Made by a program: the position numbers and the translations under genes. DNA of 64,000 nt, taken from Camelus ferus (Eukaryota). The notes beneath the pieces were generated by a model. That model was not told where the DNA came from, did no database searches, and worked only from the letters and a program-made list of their open reading frames with translations. Shown here in pieces: positions 39,074-52,969 of this stretch. Positions within the stretch are counted from its first letter, which is position 1. Each line of letters begins with the position of its first letter. Where the stretch lies: assembly GCF_009834535.1 (NCBI RefSeq), contig NC_045697.1, positions 89,530,001 through 89,594,000 of the forward strand, read 5' to 3'.

Positions 39074-41538
39074 TGTCTTAGTCCCTTTGGGCTACTAGAA
39101 TGGCATACTGTAGGCAGGGTGATTTTTAAACAAGAGAAATGTTTTTTTTACACCTCTAGAGGCTGGGAAGACCAAGACCAAGGTATCAGCAGGTTCTGTC
39201 TGGTGAGAATGTTCATCCTGCTTCACAGATGCCATTTTTCTCAGAAGAAGGAGCAAAGGGGCTCTCTTGGGCATCTTCTGTAAGGGCACTAATTCCATTC
39301 TTAAAGGCTCCATGCTCATGACCTAATTACCTCCCCATCTTCTAATACCAGCACACTGGGGGTTAAGTTTCAACACAGGAGTTTGGGGGAGACTCATATA
39401 TTCAGCCTATAGCATTCCAGCCCTTTCCCCTGACCAAATCACATGTAAAATATGTTCATTCCATCTCAATAGTCCCCAAATTCCTAACTTGTTCTGGCAT
39501 CAACTTTAAACATCTAAAGTGCATAGTCTCATCTAGATATCAGCTAAATCATAAATGGGTGAGACATGAGGTTTATGTCTGATTTATCCTGAGGCAGAGT
39601 TTCTTTCCAGCTGTGAACCAGTGAAACCGAACAAGTCACGTGCTTCCAAAATTTAAAGGTAGGACAGGGATAGGAAAGATACTCATTCCGAAAGGGAGAA
39701 ATACGAAAGAAGAAAAGAGTGATCAGTAGGAAATAAGTCCAAAACCTAACTGGGCACATTCAATTAGACTTTAAGTTTCTTTACTTATCCTCTTTGGCTT
39801 GACGCTCTGCCTTCCAGACCTATTCGGGTATCAGTGCCTCCCCACAGCCTGGAGGGGTGCTGCCCACTCTGTGGCTCTTTGCCAGGGCCCCACCCATGCC
39901 TTGGCTCCACTGGCTGTAACCCATGCTGCAGCTCTCTGACAGGGCCCCACCAATAGGACACCTAGGCAGACACATCCTGACCCACCTGCAGCAGAGAGGT
40001 GGCCACACCCATAGACATAGTTCTTTTCCCTGGGCAGGTGTTGGTAATGGCAGGGACGATGACCTCTGGGGTCATTGTTCTTCCCTTGCCTTGAAGAATC
40101 GTTCCTGTCTTCTGCTATGGCTGTTTAGGTCCATGATTTATATTCACATTAATCTCCTTATCAAAAAGTCACTTGGCCACACACTTAGTGTTTTCTTCTG
40201 AAAAAGCCATCTCAATTTACTGCAATATGGCTAAGCTGACGATTTGCCAAATCTGTAAGTTATGGTTCCTCTTCACTTAGCAATTCCATCTTCAAATCAT
40301 TTCTCTCTTCTAGCATTTTATAATAAGCTGTTAGGAGGAACCCAGCCACTCCTTCAACCCTGTGCTTAGGGTTCTCCTCAGCTAAATATCCAATTTCACT
40401 GCTTACAAGGTCTACCTTCCAGAAAACACTACAACATGAACACAAGTCAGCCAAGTTCTTCACTATTTTATAACAAGGAGCACCTTTTCTCCTATTTCCA
40501 ATAACATGTTTCTCAGTTCCATCTGAGACCTCATCAGAGTGACCATTACCATCTGCATCTCTGCTTACATGATTTATGTTCATGATTACTTAGGTATTCT
40601 TTAAGATGACTGAGGCTTTCTTTCTCATCTCTCCCTAGAGTCATCCTTAATGTCCATATTTTAGCACCCACCTCAGAACTCTTCCAGCCTGTTACCCAGT
40701 ACCAAAGCCACTTGCTACATTTGTAGGTATTTGTCACAGCAGTTCCCCACTTCTCAGTACCAGTTTTGTCTTTTGTCTTAGTCAAGCTGCTATAACAAAG
40801 TATCATAAACTATATCTGAAACTGATAAATAGAAAATACTTCTCACAGTTCTGGAGGCTGTGAAGTCCGGGATCAAAGTGCCAGGAGAGTCAGTGTTTAA
40901 TAGAACCAGCTTCCTCGTTCATAGACAGCCATCTTCTCTGATTCACATGGATGAAGAGGTGGGGGGGGGGGGGTCTCTATGGGGTCTCTTGTTTTTTATT
41001 GAGGTGTAGTTGATTTAGTTTCAATTACACCTCAATAAAAGTGTTAGTATTAGTTTCAACTACACCTCAATAAAAAATCAGCAAGGTGATTCAGTTACAA
41101 ATATCTTTTTTTTTTTTTTTCAGATTCTTTTCCATTGTATGTTATTATAAGCAATTGAATACTACAGATCCCTGTGCTATAATAGTAGGTCCTTGTTGTT
41201 TATTTTATATACAGTAACGTGAATCTGTATCTATTAATCCAAAACTTCTAATTTATGTCTTCCCTGCCCTTTCTCCTTTAGTAACTATAGTTTCTTTACT
41301 ATATCTGTGAGTCTATTTTTGGTACGTAAATAAGATTTGTATCACTTCTTTAAGATTCTACATATAAGTGATATCACATGATATTGGGAGTTTCTTATAT
41401 AAGGGCATTAATTTCATTTGTGAGAGCTATAGGCTCATGACCTAATTGTATCCCCAAAACTATACTTTCAAATATGGTCACATTGGGGATTATGTTTCAA
41501 CATAACTTTAAAGGTACACAACAGTGCTGTCTGCTGCA
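39074..41538 (-). mobile_element. Near full-length MaLR provirus (MLT1A-like LTR-int-LTR)
   Basis: LTRs at 39074-39413 and ~40773-41538, both starting tgtcttagtc. Internal ORF remnant 40260-40583 (DEVSDGTEKHVIGN..KGAPCYKIVKNLADLC..EIGYLAEE..FLLTAY) is a typical MaLR ORF. Confidence 0.92.
40991..41385 (-). mobile_element. L1 3' end inserted into the MaLR LTR
   Basis: ttttttattgaggtgtagttgattt...tagattc-like...tataagtgatatcacatgatatt. Approximate TSD tggggtctctt / tgggagtttctt. Confidence 0.88.
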
Positions 41539-41697
41539 CTTTATTATCAATCATCATCTCATGAATCCACAATCTTACTGCTTTTTCATCATTTCCATAG
41601 CTTCATCCCACACTACAGATGTTACTTAGCACTTCTGGCATGGCCTCACATACAGATAAACAAATTTGCTTTTTCTTTTTCTGGATGTACCCTATTA

Positions 41698-42142
41698 TTG
41701 ATTCATTAACACTGAACTCATGGTCAACAGCAGTCTAAATCAAGCCTGGATGAAGTTTATCTAACATGAATCTTCTCCGTAAGACACATCACTGACTTCT
41801 TGTGCTTAGAAACGCGAGACAGCACTTCATCACTATGGTTGGGGGCCATTTAAACAGTGAAATCATCAACAAAAGCATACAAATGCAAAAGGAAAAAATG
41901 TGCCAAGTAGACCACAAGAAGAACATTTGTTTAAGTAGAAGAGCTGAAATAACATGGCAGTGTGTCACCTCACTTGACCTTGGCTGAGGATGTGCACGTC
42001 AGCTGGCTCAAAGTGTTCACTGCTCTGTACGTGTCTGTAAATGATCATAAAGGCTCCAGAAGTACTGACTGGGGTTCAAGGTAAATTTTGGTGAGTAGGC
42101 AAATCTGTAAATACAGAATCCATGAAAAATGAGAATCAATTG
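41698..42142 (-). mobile_element. Tigger-family (MER82-like) DNA transposon fragment with the transposase N-terminus
   Basis: TIR-like end ...gaatccatgaaaaatgagaatcaattg+ta. Minus-strand ATG at 41849 gives MAPNHSDEVLSRVSKHKKSVMCLTEKIHV, a decayed CENP-B-type HTH start. Confidence 0.82.
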
Positions 42143-42709
42143 TATATATAAATAAGAATGGTAAATATTGTATTTTATTGCTTTGATTCACTTAGGGAAT
42201 ATTTTATAAGTATTTAATTCATGATGATATTCACTCAGTTTACAAGGATATATAAGAATTTATTCTCTTAGAAAGTACACATACACCTAGGTACAGTGGA
42301 ATGACTATGAAATTAATTACTGTACACACCTGGTCACTATTTATAACAGTGTGCTTATAGGTTTTAATAGTTATATTTGGCGTAATGATAGATGGCTACA
42401 GAAAAGAGAAAATAAAGGATTCATCTGTTTAATGATAGAAAGTTTGTCTTCCCCTTCACCCTGGGTGTGCACCTCTACTCTGACCAACACTCTTTCCTCC
42501 TCCTACATTCCATACCCTTCATACCAATATAGAAAAATGAGCAGAGAGTAACAGAATGATATTAATTATATACATTTGGTTAGTATGAATTATCTGCATT
42601 CCTATGATTTTAATACCAAGGTAATGAATCTATTAAAACTATAAAAAGTGGGTAAGACCAAAAAAGGAGAAAATATGATGTCATATTGTTACTGATTTTT
42701 TTTTCTTAG

Positions 42710-42746
42710 TATCCCGATACTTGGACAAGGGGCATGCACTGACAAG
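42710..42746 (+). other. Candidate 37-nt internal exon of an unidentified host transcript
   Basis: Branch-like tactgat, then T-run-cttag acceptor, and an AAG|gtaagc donor, all in unique sequence. Two frames are open: IPILGQGACTDK and SRYLDKGHALT. Confidence 0.4.
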
Positions 42747-43874
42747 GTAAGCTTACACGTAAGTGTTATTCTATCTTTTACGTCAACAAAAAGATAGTCC
42801 ATCACTTAAAATTTGTATATATAAAGTTGTCAGCAACAATCTGTATGCTGAAATCATACCAATGAGTGATGTAACAAGCCATTTGAAGATAGGGATTGTC
42901 ATGTATTCACGTTTGTATCACCAACTTTCCACCCAGTTGCCTGGTTTATAGTAAGGCCTTAATAAACAGTCACTTAATTAAGTAAGTATTAGTTGTTGAA
43001 AATGGAAGTATTCCAGTTTTTAAAGTTTATTCAAAATATGTTTCTGACATTAAGAAAGTCCATTGGGTCTTTGGCAGCTTAATGAAATGCAATGCTAACT
43101 ATGGGTAGTGAATGCAAACAAGACAGGATGTATTCACAATGAATGAAGTGCTGCAGTGAAAAAAAAAAAAGCCTTCTTCCCACACAATCGGGACCATCTG
43201 TTTGATCATAATTATTAAGGAAATAAAGTGTTTTCCAAGTTTTTTTTTTTTTTTTTGATAAAACCTAAAAATGTTGCTGGAATATTGGTTTATGTGCTGA
43301 GTCCACAGTTTCTTCTTAGAGGACTTGCGATCTTCCTATGTTAATTTCAATATGAACAATGTGGTCAAATAAAATAACTAGAATAATGTAAGAAAAATGG
43401 TGTGTTAGTGAAGTGTTAGTATAGATATGCTGTAGAGTTTAGATGAAAAGTCACAGCAAGAATTTCACCCGTGACTAGAGCAGAGCCAGTGCAGATCTAA
43501 ACCTACGCGTAATATGTTCCATATGCTTAATACCTACAGGCTATGAAATATATAGCTGATTTAATTTTAATTAGGTTTTTACTTCCTAGGTCATCAACAC
43601 ACATGTCTGCACACATTTTCTACAATTCACATACATGGTGTATACTAGTTTTGTTATCATTAGGCTATGTAGAATAGAATAACTTCTCAGGTCAAGAGTT
43701 TTAAGAAATGTAAAATTTTACTCATCAAAAGAATGAAGATGATCATACTGAGTTCTTAGTTGCATTACATGGTGAAAAGTAAACCAGACTTATTCTTAGT
43801 GCAGTTAAAGGGTATATCACTTTGATGCTTATACTTTTTCTAGTGGTTCTAATTTCATATTCATTTTCAAAGAA

Positions 43875-45115
43875 AACACTCCCTGAGACCATACACAAAA
43901 TAAACTCAAAACAGCTTAAAGATTTAAATATAAGACAAGACACGATAAACCTCAGCAATGTTTTCCTAGAACAGTCTATCAGGTAATAGAAATAAAAGAA
44001 AAAAATTAGCAAATGGGACCTAACTAAACTTACAAGCTTTTGCACAGCAAAGGAAACCGTAAGCAAAACAAAAAGAGAACCTACGGAATGAGAGAAAACA
44101 TTTGCAAATGTGACTGATAAAGGTTTAATTTCCAGAATATATAACAATTCATACAACTTAGTAACAACAACAACAAAAAAGCTCAATCCAAAATTAGGCA
44201 GAAGACCTAAACAAGCAATTCTCCAATGAAAACATACGCATGGCCAAAAGGCACATGAAAAAAATACTCAATACTGCCAATTAGCAGAGAAACACAAATC
44301 AAAACTACAATGAAGTATCACTTCACAATAATCAGAATGGCCATCATTCCAAAGTCCACCAGCAATAAATGCTGGAGAGGATGTGAAGAAAAGGGAACCC
44401 ACCTACACTGCTGGTGGGAATGTAGTTTGGTGCAGCCATTATGGAAAACAGTATGGAGAGTCCTCAAAAGAATAAAAATAGATTTGCCATATGATCCAGA
44501 AATCCCACTCCAGGGCATATATCCAGAGCAAACTTGAATTCGAAAAGATACATGTACTCCAATGTCCACAGCAGTACTATTTACAATAGCCAAGACATGA
44601 AAACAACCTAAATGCTCATCAACAGATGACTGGATAAAGCAGCTGTGGTAAATTTATACAATGGAATACTACTCAGCCATAAAAAGAATAAGATAATGCC
44701 ATTAGCAGCAACATGGATGGACCTGGAGACCATCATTCTAAGTGAAGTAAGCTAGAAAGAGAAAGAAAAATGCCATATGATATCACTCATATTTGGGATC
44801 TAAAAAAAAAGGAAAAAAAGGACATTAATGAACTCATCTACAAAACAAACAGACTCACAGACAATCTTATGGTTACCAGGGAAAGGAGGTAGGAAGGGAT
44901 AAATTTGGGAGTTTGAGATTTGCAAATGTTAGCCACTATATATATATATTTAAATTTCTTCTCTATAGCACAGGGAACTATATTCAGTATTTTGTAATAA
45001 CTTTAATGAAAAAGAATATGAAAACAAATATATGTATGTATATGCATGACTGGGACATTATGGCTCTGCACCAGAAATTGACACACTGTAACTGACTATA
45101 CTTCAGCTAAAAAAG
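43875..45115 (+). mobile_element. Young 5'-truncated L1, camelid-type 3' UTR
   Basis: ORF 44310-44537 ([30 protein letters not shown]) is the ORF2 Cys-rich end. 3' UTR atgcatgactgggacatt...ctgactatacttc. Confidence 0.95.
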
Positions 45116-48100
45116 AAATGAAAGTTAGAATCAGTTATGGTGTAATATTGGACTATATATATACATGGTAATAACAAAGAATGAATTATGCAAGTGACCA
45201 CAGGAATGGATCTCACAGAAACCATGTTTTGTGAAAAGAAAATGAGGCACAAAAGCCTATTTACTGTACATATTTGATAATTTTATAAGAACAGAAAAAA
45301 ATAACTTGATAAAGTCGGAATAGTTATCTCTGCAGAAGGTTCTGAGAGGATTCTGGGCCTGGGTAGATATTAACTGGGACAGGGACTCTTTTGGGGTGCT
45401 AGATATGTTTGTATCTGGTCACACTGTATCTCTACGACTAATGCACTTTATTCTGTTTTCCTCAATGGAAAATCTTTCAAAAGTACTTACCACATTCTAG
45501 ATATTATCTATATTGGATTAGTTCATTTTAACTTCAGTGGAATGGGAATACATACAAACATTTTCCCAGTAAGAGATAAAAAGAGGTTTCTACCTATTCA
45601 AAACTAGTTTTTAAAAATCTAAAATGATTTAATATTATCACTTCTGTAAGCATTTGTTTATAATTTTTTTAGATAAATAACATTTTGCTCCCAAATGTTT
45701 CACATTATTTGATTTGATTTGAGCAAGCTGTTCATATATGCAGAAAGAAAACATCTGATAGTGTATCAGATTGTAGTGCATTAATTAGACAAACATACAT
45801 CAATGTTAAAAAATGGATTGTTGATACATTCTGTACTTAAGCCTGGCGGATAGGAATGCTATATATATAGTTATCCTGGCTATGCATTTTACAAACATTA
45901 AGTGGTCCACTCTTATCATAGTCTGTGTGAGTGGTGCCGCCTGTAGTTAAGCCTGGCAACATTCTAAAAATTTTATACATACTGTGTACTCACAGTATTT
46001 CCCATCAAAATCTACATAGTTAACAAAAGAAATGACCTTTCCTGTTCTTTAAACAATTCATACCATTACATAAACCTTTTATTTTTTTTTAACTAAAATT
46101 AAGAGCCTTGTATTTCCTCATTAGGTATTTTATTTACCATATTTACTCAAGAAGAGAAAGCTGTACAGAAAACCAACATATTTTCAAGGTTATTTCTCAA
46201 GCCATGTTTGCAATTATGTGCAATTTGACATTGTCCATAGTATTTGTGTGTCCTCTACATAAAGTGTGTTGTTTCATCCAAATATATTTTTGTTCTCAAG
46301 TGTATTAATAATGAAAATAGTAAATGGGTACAATTTCATTGCTGAGTCATATGTTTGCTTGAAATTCTGGTGAGGTAGTGAAAGCAGTGGTCTGGAAAAA
46401 GAGGTGGAAGCATTCAGAGCACAGGAGTGGAAGAAAGGAATAACAAAAATGTAGCTAGGTGGACTGGGAATTTATATAAATGGAGGAAATCATTCAGCAA
46501 TAAACTCAGCAACATGGGCCTAAGGGGGGAAAAGGGGAGAATATTAAAAGTAAACATTCATAAAATAGAATTAAAAGCACAAAATGGCATGGCAAAAGTC
46601 AGCATTTCTGAATCACTTAAAGTACGTGTGCAAAGTATATATTTTTGGAATGACATTAAATAGATTTTAAATATATGTAACTCAAAATATGACTATTTTA
46701 TATCAAAATAATACATATTAATGTTGTTCAAAACATCTTGGTTAGTACTAATAGGGGAATAAAGATATTGACAGTGTTATAAGTTTAAAATCAAGGGCCC
46801 CAAGCCAACATTTTAAGAATTCCTGCCTTTCCTTTGAAACCTGTTCTTTTTCTCCTCAACAATCTAATGTGGGTTGAATGAGGAAACCAACAATTCAGTC
46901 ATTGACAGATACTACTCCACACCTTAGTATGATACTTTCTGACATGCATTAAAGTGAGGCTTGAGGAGAGTGAAACAAAGGACTAAATATAAAATTTGCA
47001 TGTAGAACAGAAGAAAAGCATTAAGGAGATTCTAGTCATTGTCTAGTTATTTGAATGTGTTCGTGAACTGTACAAAAGGTACACTGGATGTGAGATGTTT
47101 GACAAACAATCTGCATGCCCAAGTTAACGCATCCATACTGACAAGCAGTTAGCCTGACAAAACTGACTTGGATCGACTTGAGTCCCTTTGGAAGTGATGT
47201 GTGCGGAGTAAGCAAGTCAGCCTATGGAATCTAAGACCTGGCATTCATTACAGCCCAGCCGGCCCTATTGACCCTTGATGGTCATATACGGCCCTCCTTC
47301 AAATGCCCAGTGATCCTCGGCTATCAGCTCATACTGGATAGACAGACAATGAAAAGATAACATGAAAGTCTTGACTGCACAGAGAAGTCTTATCTGTTGG
47401 TTGGCTTCTCTTTGGCCTTAAAGTTCTCAAACTTTTTTTTAGTAGCACCTTAAGAGATATCATTTGGCAAATATAACAGCTTCTCTAATCTCTGAGTGTA
47501 CTCAAAGAGTTTTAGATTTATTTTTTAATTTGTAGATTATTTTCACCAATTATTGCTTCTTGCAGGGATGTTTTTTTTTTTTTTTTTTTTTTTTTTTGCC
47601 TTTTTGGGTCCTCTCTGTAGCAGATGGCTTTCCTAATATGCTGGTCAATATTTCGTTGTTTATTCATACTTTAGATTAAAGTACCAATTAGTTGGTTTGG
47701 ATTTCCTCTTGACTTTTTTTGAAAGGCTTCCTTCATCCCAAAATTATAAAGATTCTGTATTTTCTACTTTTATTTTTTGTACTTAGCTCTTTAATACTGT
47801 GTGGACTTCATTTTTGTATGGTATATAACACACATTTAACTTTATCAATTTTTTGTTTGGAATGAAGATTAGTTATCCTAAAACCATTTATTTAATTTAT
47901 TGAATTGTTACTCTTCCCTCGGTGATTTGAATAGGGTCATTCCATTTTTGTTTTACTAGCACGGTGGTGTCTGTGTGTTTGTAGATTATAGGGGTGTAGA
48001 TAAAACATCAAATGGGGACTCAGAGATCCAAATGCAGAAGGACACATTTTTCACAGCCATTTGCCAAATGCTACGTTTGTAGGTGGTTGAAACTTAAGAC

Positions 48101-48496
48101 TGGAGGGATCTCTCTTTTTAGTCAGGCTTGCCTAGTATTCTGGCATCCTACAATTTTGCATACTTTTTCCTTTCCTTAAAAAGAAAGTGGGAAGGTAGGA
48201 GGGTTTGTCTTTTATTATCTCAGTTGGAGAAATGAGGAAATGTTATATGTAAATTTTTCTGGCAAATCTGTTGAAAGTCAGGTCTGCTATTGCATGTCAG
48301 CACCACGGCTTCCTTCCCTTGTCCCTCAGTCAGTGAACTCCATCCACAGTGGGTGTCGAGCAGTGGACCTGGCTGGCCTGTTTCAGATGGTGCTCTGTAC
48401 TCACAACAGCAGCATAACAATGAAAATAGACACTGAGCTCTTACTAGGTTTAATACTTAGCATGAATGATCTCATTTAATCTTTAAAGAAATCCTA

Positions 48497-48649
48497 TGAT
48501 ATGGACTGAATTGTGGCCTTCACTTCCTCCAAATCCACGTGTTGAAACCTTAACCTCCAATATGACAGTATTTGGAGATAACTTTAGGGGTAAATGCTAA
48601 TGAGGTCATAACTGTGAGGCCCTAAGCTAATGGGATTAGTGTGCTTATA
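48497..48649 (+). mobile_element. MLT1A-like LTR 5' fragment
   Basis: tgatatggactgaattgt...gtgttgaaaccttaacctccaatatgacagtatttggagat...gggattagtg. Confidence 0.8.
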
Positions 48650-48699
48650 TACTTTATATATTATAAAATGTACATATTGTTTTGGTTGATATATTTAAC

Positions 48700-49720
48700 C
48701 CACAGACGCTCCAGGCTAGAATTCTGACTGCACTGGGGAGCTTCAAAATGACAAGTTCAGGATTTTAAATTATTCATTCAAGGCACAATTAGAGCACCTT
48801 TATATAAAGCTTCTGTGACATTGGTGGAACTGTCACCCTGAATCAATGAATCTGAAAACCAGATACTGAGTTTGATTCAATGGTTTAGAGCATTGAAAAG
48901 TAAGTCACTGTGTTCAGTATCTTGTAATAATCTGTAATGGAAAAAAAATGAAAACAAATATATGTATGTGTATGCATGACTGGAATATTGTGCTGTACAC
49001 CAGAGAAAGACACACAGTAAGTAAGTTAACATCACAGGCTCAGCAGGTTTTCAGTGTTGAATCTGGGAACCTGGCTGGAAGAGTGGGAATCTGAATACTA
49101 GAGTAGACAAATTATGGTGGATTTGGGTCAGTCTGAGTCTCTGGAATCCCTTACTGAAGCTGTTGTTTGCTTGCTAACAGAAGGAATAATTTTCCCCATC
49201 TAATGAGTTTAATCCTGCTTTATATGAAGATCACTGAATGCAGGCTTTGATCATTCTTCTTTCAAGGAGATGAAAATTTTACTCAGGATAGATTCCTACC
49301 AACCCTTATATCCTCCAGGCCAATATTGAGGTTGCAGCAAGTTCCAGAAACAAATACAAAGTCTGACCTACTATGAGGAAAATTACATGTCAAAAGGATG
49401 ACAGTTTTTTTTTTTTAATTTACATTGGCAGAAATATAAATACTGCAGAATATGTTGTAGAATGAATTCCAAACTGTTAAACCACGTTGGAAAGAATGTA
49501 AGATTGTGACAAATTTATCACTATGGCTACACCTATCAGATGGTAATTTTTGAATTCAGTGTGCTAGCTTGAACAGTTGTCAATGGCTCCAACAGTCTGC
49601 CACACTGATTTTCTAGAACTGGAAGAAAAATGTGACCTACATTAAATAAAACTGAGATTCCAAAAATTTCTTGTTGCAATATAGATGACACAATTCAAAG
49701 AGAGAGATTGGAATGTTGTT
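48700..49720 (+). mobile_element. Old ERV-L internal (gag-region) remnant, interrupted by an L1 piece
   Basis: Collinear degenerate motifs of ERVL-int: ctgaaaaccaga...gagtgggaatctga...cctccaggccaat...ttcagtgtgctagct...tgtgacctacattaaataaaactgagattcca...gagattggaatgttg. Confidence 0.65.
48906..49018 (+). mobile_element. Tail-less L1 3' UTR fragment
   Basis: Same 3' UTR text as at 44980-45090. Flanked by aagtaagt at 48898-48905 and 49019-49026. No poly(A). Confidence 0.85.
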
Positions 49721-50169
49721 CTTACATCAAGTACAAGATCTTATTTTAAATACATTTTGAAATAATATTTTATGCATTTGTACACCTCAGATGTATGCTT
49801 TCATATTTTATATGCATAAGTAAACACAGTGGGTTCTTTGAGTTTTCTCTCTCTAGACCTCAGTACTTACCACCATTAAAATGACTAACTCATATGATTA
49901 AAAGGTATCTATATTAAGTATACCTAACAAATAGGTTAAATATTTAAATGATTCCTAAATAAGCCACACAGAAGCAGTAAGACTCACGTTGGGTGCTGTT
50001 ACAATGCAGGTGCCCCCTCTCCCAGAAGCAGACTATGACATTATTTTTCTCAAATTCAAAATAAGCTGCTATGAATACAGTATTTAGAACTGAATTTTGT
50101 AGTAAACCTTTGGTTTAAATAATTACTGAATTTGATTTTTCTCCTTATGTGAACATGAACCTCAAACAT

Positions 50170-50320
50170 GGAAACTTGTTAAGCCTTGGTGTCTGCGTCT
50201 GGACATGTCTGGAGACAATTATACCAGCCTCACAAGATCCTTGGGAGGACTTCAGTGAAGTAATGTCTAGAGAGATTAACACAATGCCTGGCTCATAGTA
50301 ACTGCTCAATAAATTATTAA
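50170..50320 (+). mobile_element. MIR remnant
   Basis: ataccagcctcacaag...acaatgcctggctcatagtaactgctcaataaattatta. Confidence 0.7.
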
Positions 50321-51382
50321 TACTAGTATTGTAAATTTTGAATAAAGAAAACAAATGTTACCTTCAAAATAGCTTTACTAAAACACGTAAGGAGAATAAC
50401 TTTGGAGCAGAGATTGGGTTTTTTTAAATGCTGCATCAGTAAAAAGCATATTTTCAAAGTGACTCATTCTTTTATTCACTCCTTTTTCTTCTCTTTATCA
50501 TTCCACTGCTATTCACCCTTAAGATTTGTCTTTAGCTTTATTTATAATTCATTTAGTTTTTCCAAGAAATTAATTATTTTAGTAATTAAGCCAACTACCT
50601 CCTCTTAGAGTTTACTCAGTGCTTCTCCATATAAAAACATATTATTCACCTCTAAGTAAGGTTTGCTTGCTTTGGCTGAACTGACTGCACGTTTCATAAT
50701 GTTTATCCATCCATGAAACTTCACCTTCTGTAATGCCACTTGATGATTAGATATATAACAAGGATTTATGACAAAAATTAAAATTAATCATTTGATGATA
50801 TTCATGAGCCTCTAATTCAAGATTCTCATGGGGTTTTTTTCAGATTAATTCAAATACTGCTATATAAGGATGAATCTATCTTCTTTATACAGCACTACAT
50901 GAAGAGTATACATTCCATAGTTTTCCCACATAGATACTGCAACAAGAAATCACCTAGCACAGTATAAGCAAAATTGCACTTAGAATTTATATAGTTTTCT
51001 GTCTAATGTTGTCTGGGGGCAACAGAATGTTTAATTCTGGTAAGAGGGGCATGGAACCAAAACAAATTTGAACCTCACTGGGTAAACTGAGTTTGCTCTG
51101 GGCTTGTTCCATCCTGTCTTACCTAATAAAATCTTCAAGAATATCCTACATAAAGTCTATTAAATTGACAGCCAAACTTGTGCTCCCATTTTCTCTTTCA
51201 GTGTACTGATTCTCAATACCCTTCTCCTTCTCCAGATGCCCCCTTAACTCTCTGTTACTCTCTGCTGCCCAATTCTTCTAGTAAATTTCTTTATTTTACT
51301 TATTTTAGATCCACCCTCTAGCCAGAGAAGAAAGTTGGAATCTTCTGGTCATTATATTTCTCAGCCATAATACTTGCTATGT

Positions 51383-52482
51383 GAAAAGAACAGAGCTGGA
51401 GGAGTCATACTCCCTGACTTCAGACTATACTATAGAGCTACAGTAATCCAAACAGAATGGTACGGGCACAAAAACACACATTGATCAATGAAACAGAGTA
51501 GAGAGCCCAGAAATTAACCCACATACTTAATGCTCAATTAATCTATGACAAAGAAGGCAAGAATATATAATAGAGAAAACACAATCTCTTCAATAAGTGC
51601 TGTGGTAAAAACCAGACAGCTACATTTCAAAGAACGAAATTAGAACATTCCCTAATACTATACACAAAAATAAACTCAAAATGGATAAAAAACTTAAATG
51701 TAAGACTCCATAAAGATAAAAACGTAGATACCATAAAAATTCTAGAGGAAAACAAATGCAGTTAAGTTTTTGGCACAAATCATAGCAATATTTCTTTGTA
51801 TCTGTCTCCTAAAGCAAAGGAAACAAAACCAAAAATAAACAAATGGGACCTAACTGAACTTAAAAGCTTTTGCATAGCAAAGGAAACCACTGACAAAACT
51901 AAAAAACAACCTACTGAATGGAAGAAGACATTTGCAAATGTTATGACTGATAAAGGGTTAATATCCAACATATATAAATAGCTCACACAACTCAACATCA
52001 AAAAAAAAGAAATCTGATTAAAAAATGGACAGAACTGAATGGACACTTTTTTGAAAAGGAAAAGCAGATGGCTAACAGGTACATGGAAAGACGTTCAACA
52101 TCACTAATCATCAGGTAAATGCAAATCAAAACCACAATGAGATATCACCTCACTCCTGTCAGGATGACTGTCATTAAAAAGACCAGAAATAACAAGGCTA
52201 AGAGCTGGAGAAAAGGGAACCTTCATATGCTGCTGGTGGGAATATAATTTGGTGCAGCCACTGTGGAAAACAGTATGGTCTCAAAAAACTAAAAATAGAA
52301 CTACCATATGATCCAGCAATCCCACTCCTGGTTATATACCTGAAAAAAAAAAGACACTAATTCATAAAGATACATGCACCTCAATATTCATCACAGCACT
52401 ATTTATAGTTGCCAAGGTATGGAAGCAACCTAAGTGTCCATCATATCCATCAACAGATGAATGGGCAAAGAAGATGTGAGTA

Positions 52483-52537
<55 letters not shown>

Positions 52538-52888
52538 CTTCAGCCATAAAAAAGAATGACATTTTGCCTTTTGCAGCAACATGGATGAACTTGGAGGACA
52601 TTATGCTAAGTGAAATAAGTGAGACAGAAAGACTAATTATGTATGATATCACTTATAAGTGGGATCTAAAAAATATAACTAGTGAATTTAACAAGAGACA
52701 GACTCCAGATACAGAGAACAAACTAGGAGATACAATTGGGAAGAGGGAAGGGGGAGGGACATTAAAGGGGTAGGGAGAAAAAAGGGTTTATTATTGGATT
52801 ATATGAAATCATATGTGTGAAACTTTTGAAATTTGTAAAGCACTAGAGTTTAAAGACTCTTTCATTCAATAAAAAAATTTAAAAAATA
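51383..52888 (+). mobile_element. 5'-truncated L1 with an internal (CA)n at 52486-52535
   Basis: ORF pieces [19 protein letters not shown] and PFAATWMNLEDIMLSEIS. 3' UTR ends ttcattcaataaaaaaa. Confidence 0.95.
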
Positions 52889-52969
52889 TATTTAGAAGGA
52901 TAAATTTCAAAGTCAATGGCCAGAATGAAAACAGAAGTGAAATAATTAAAAGATTGAAAGAAAACAAGA

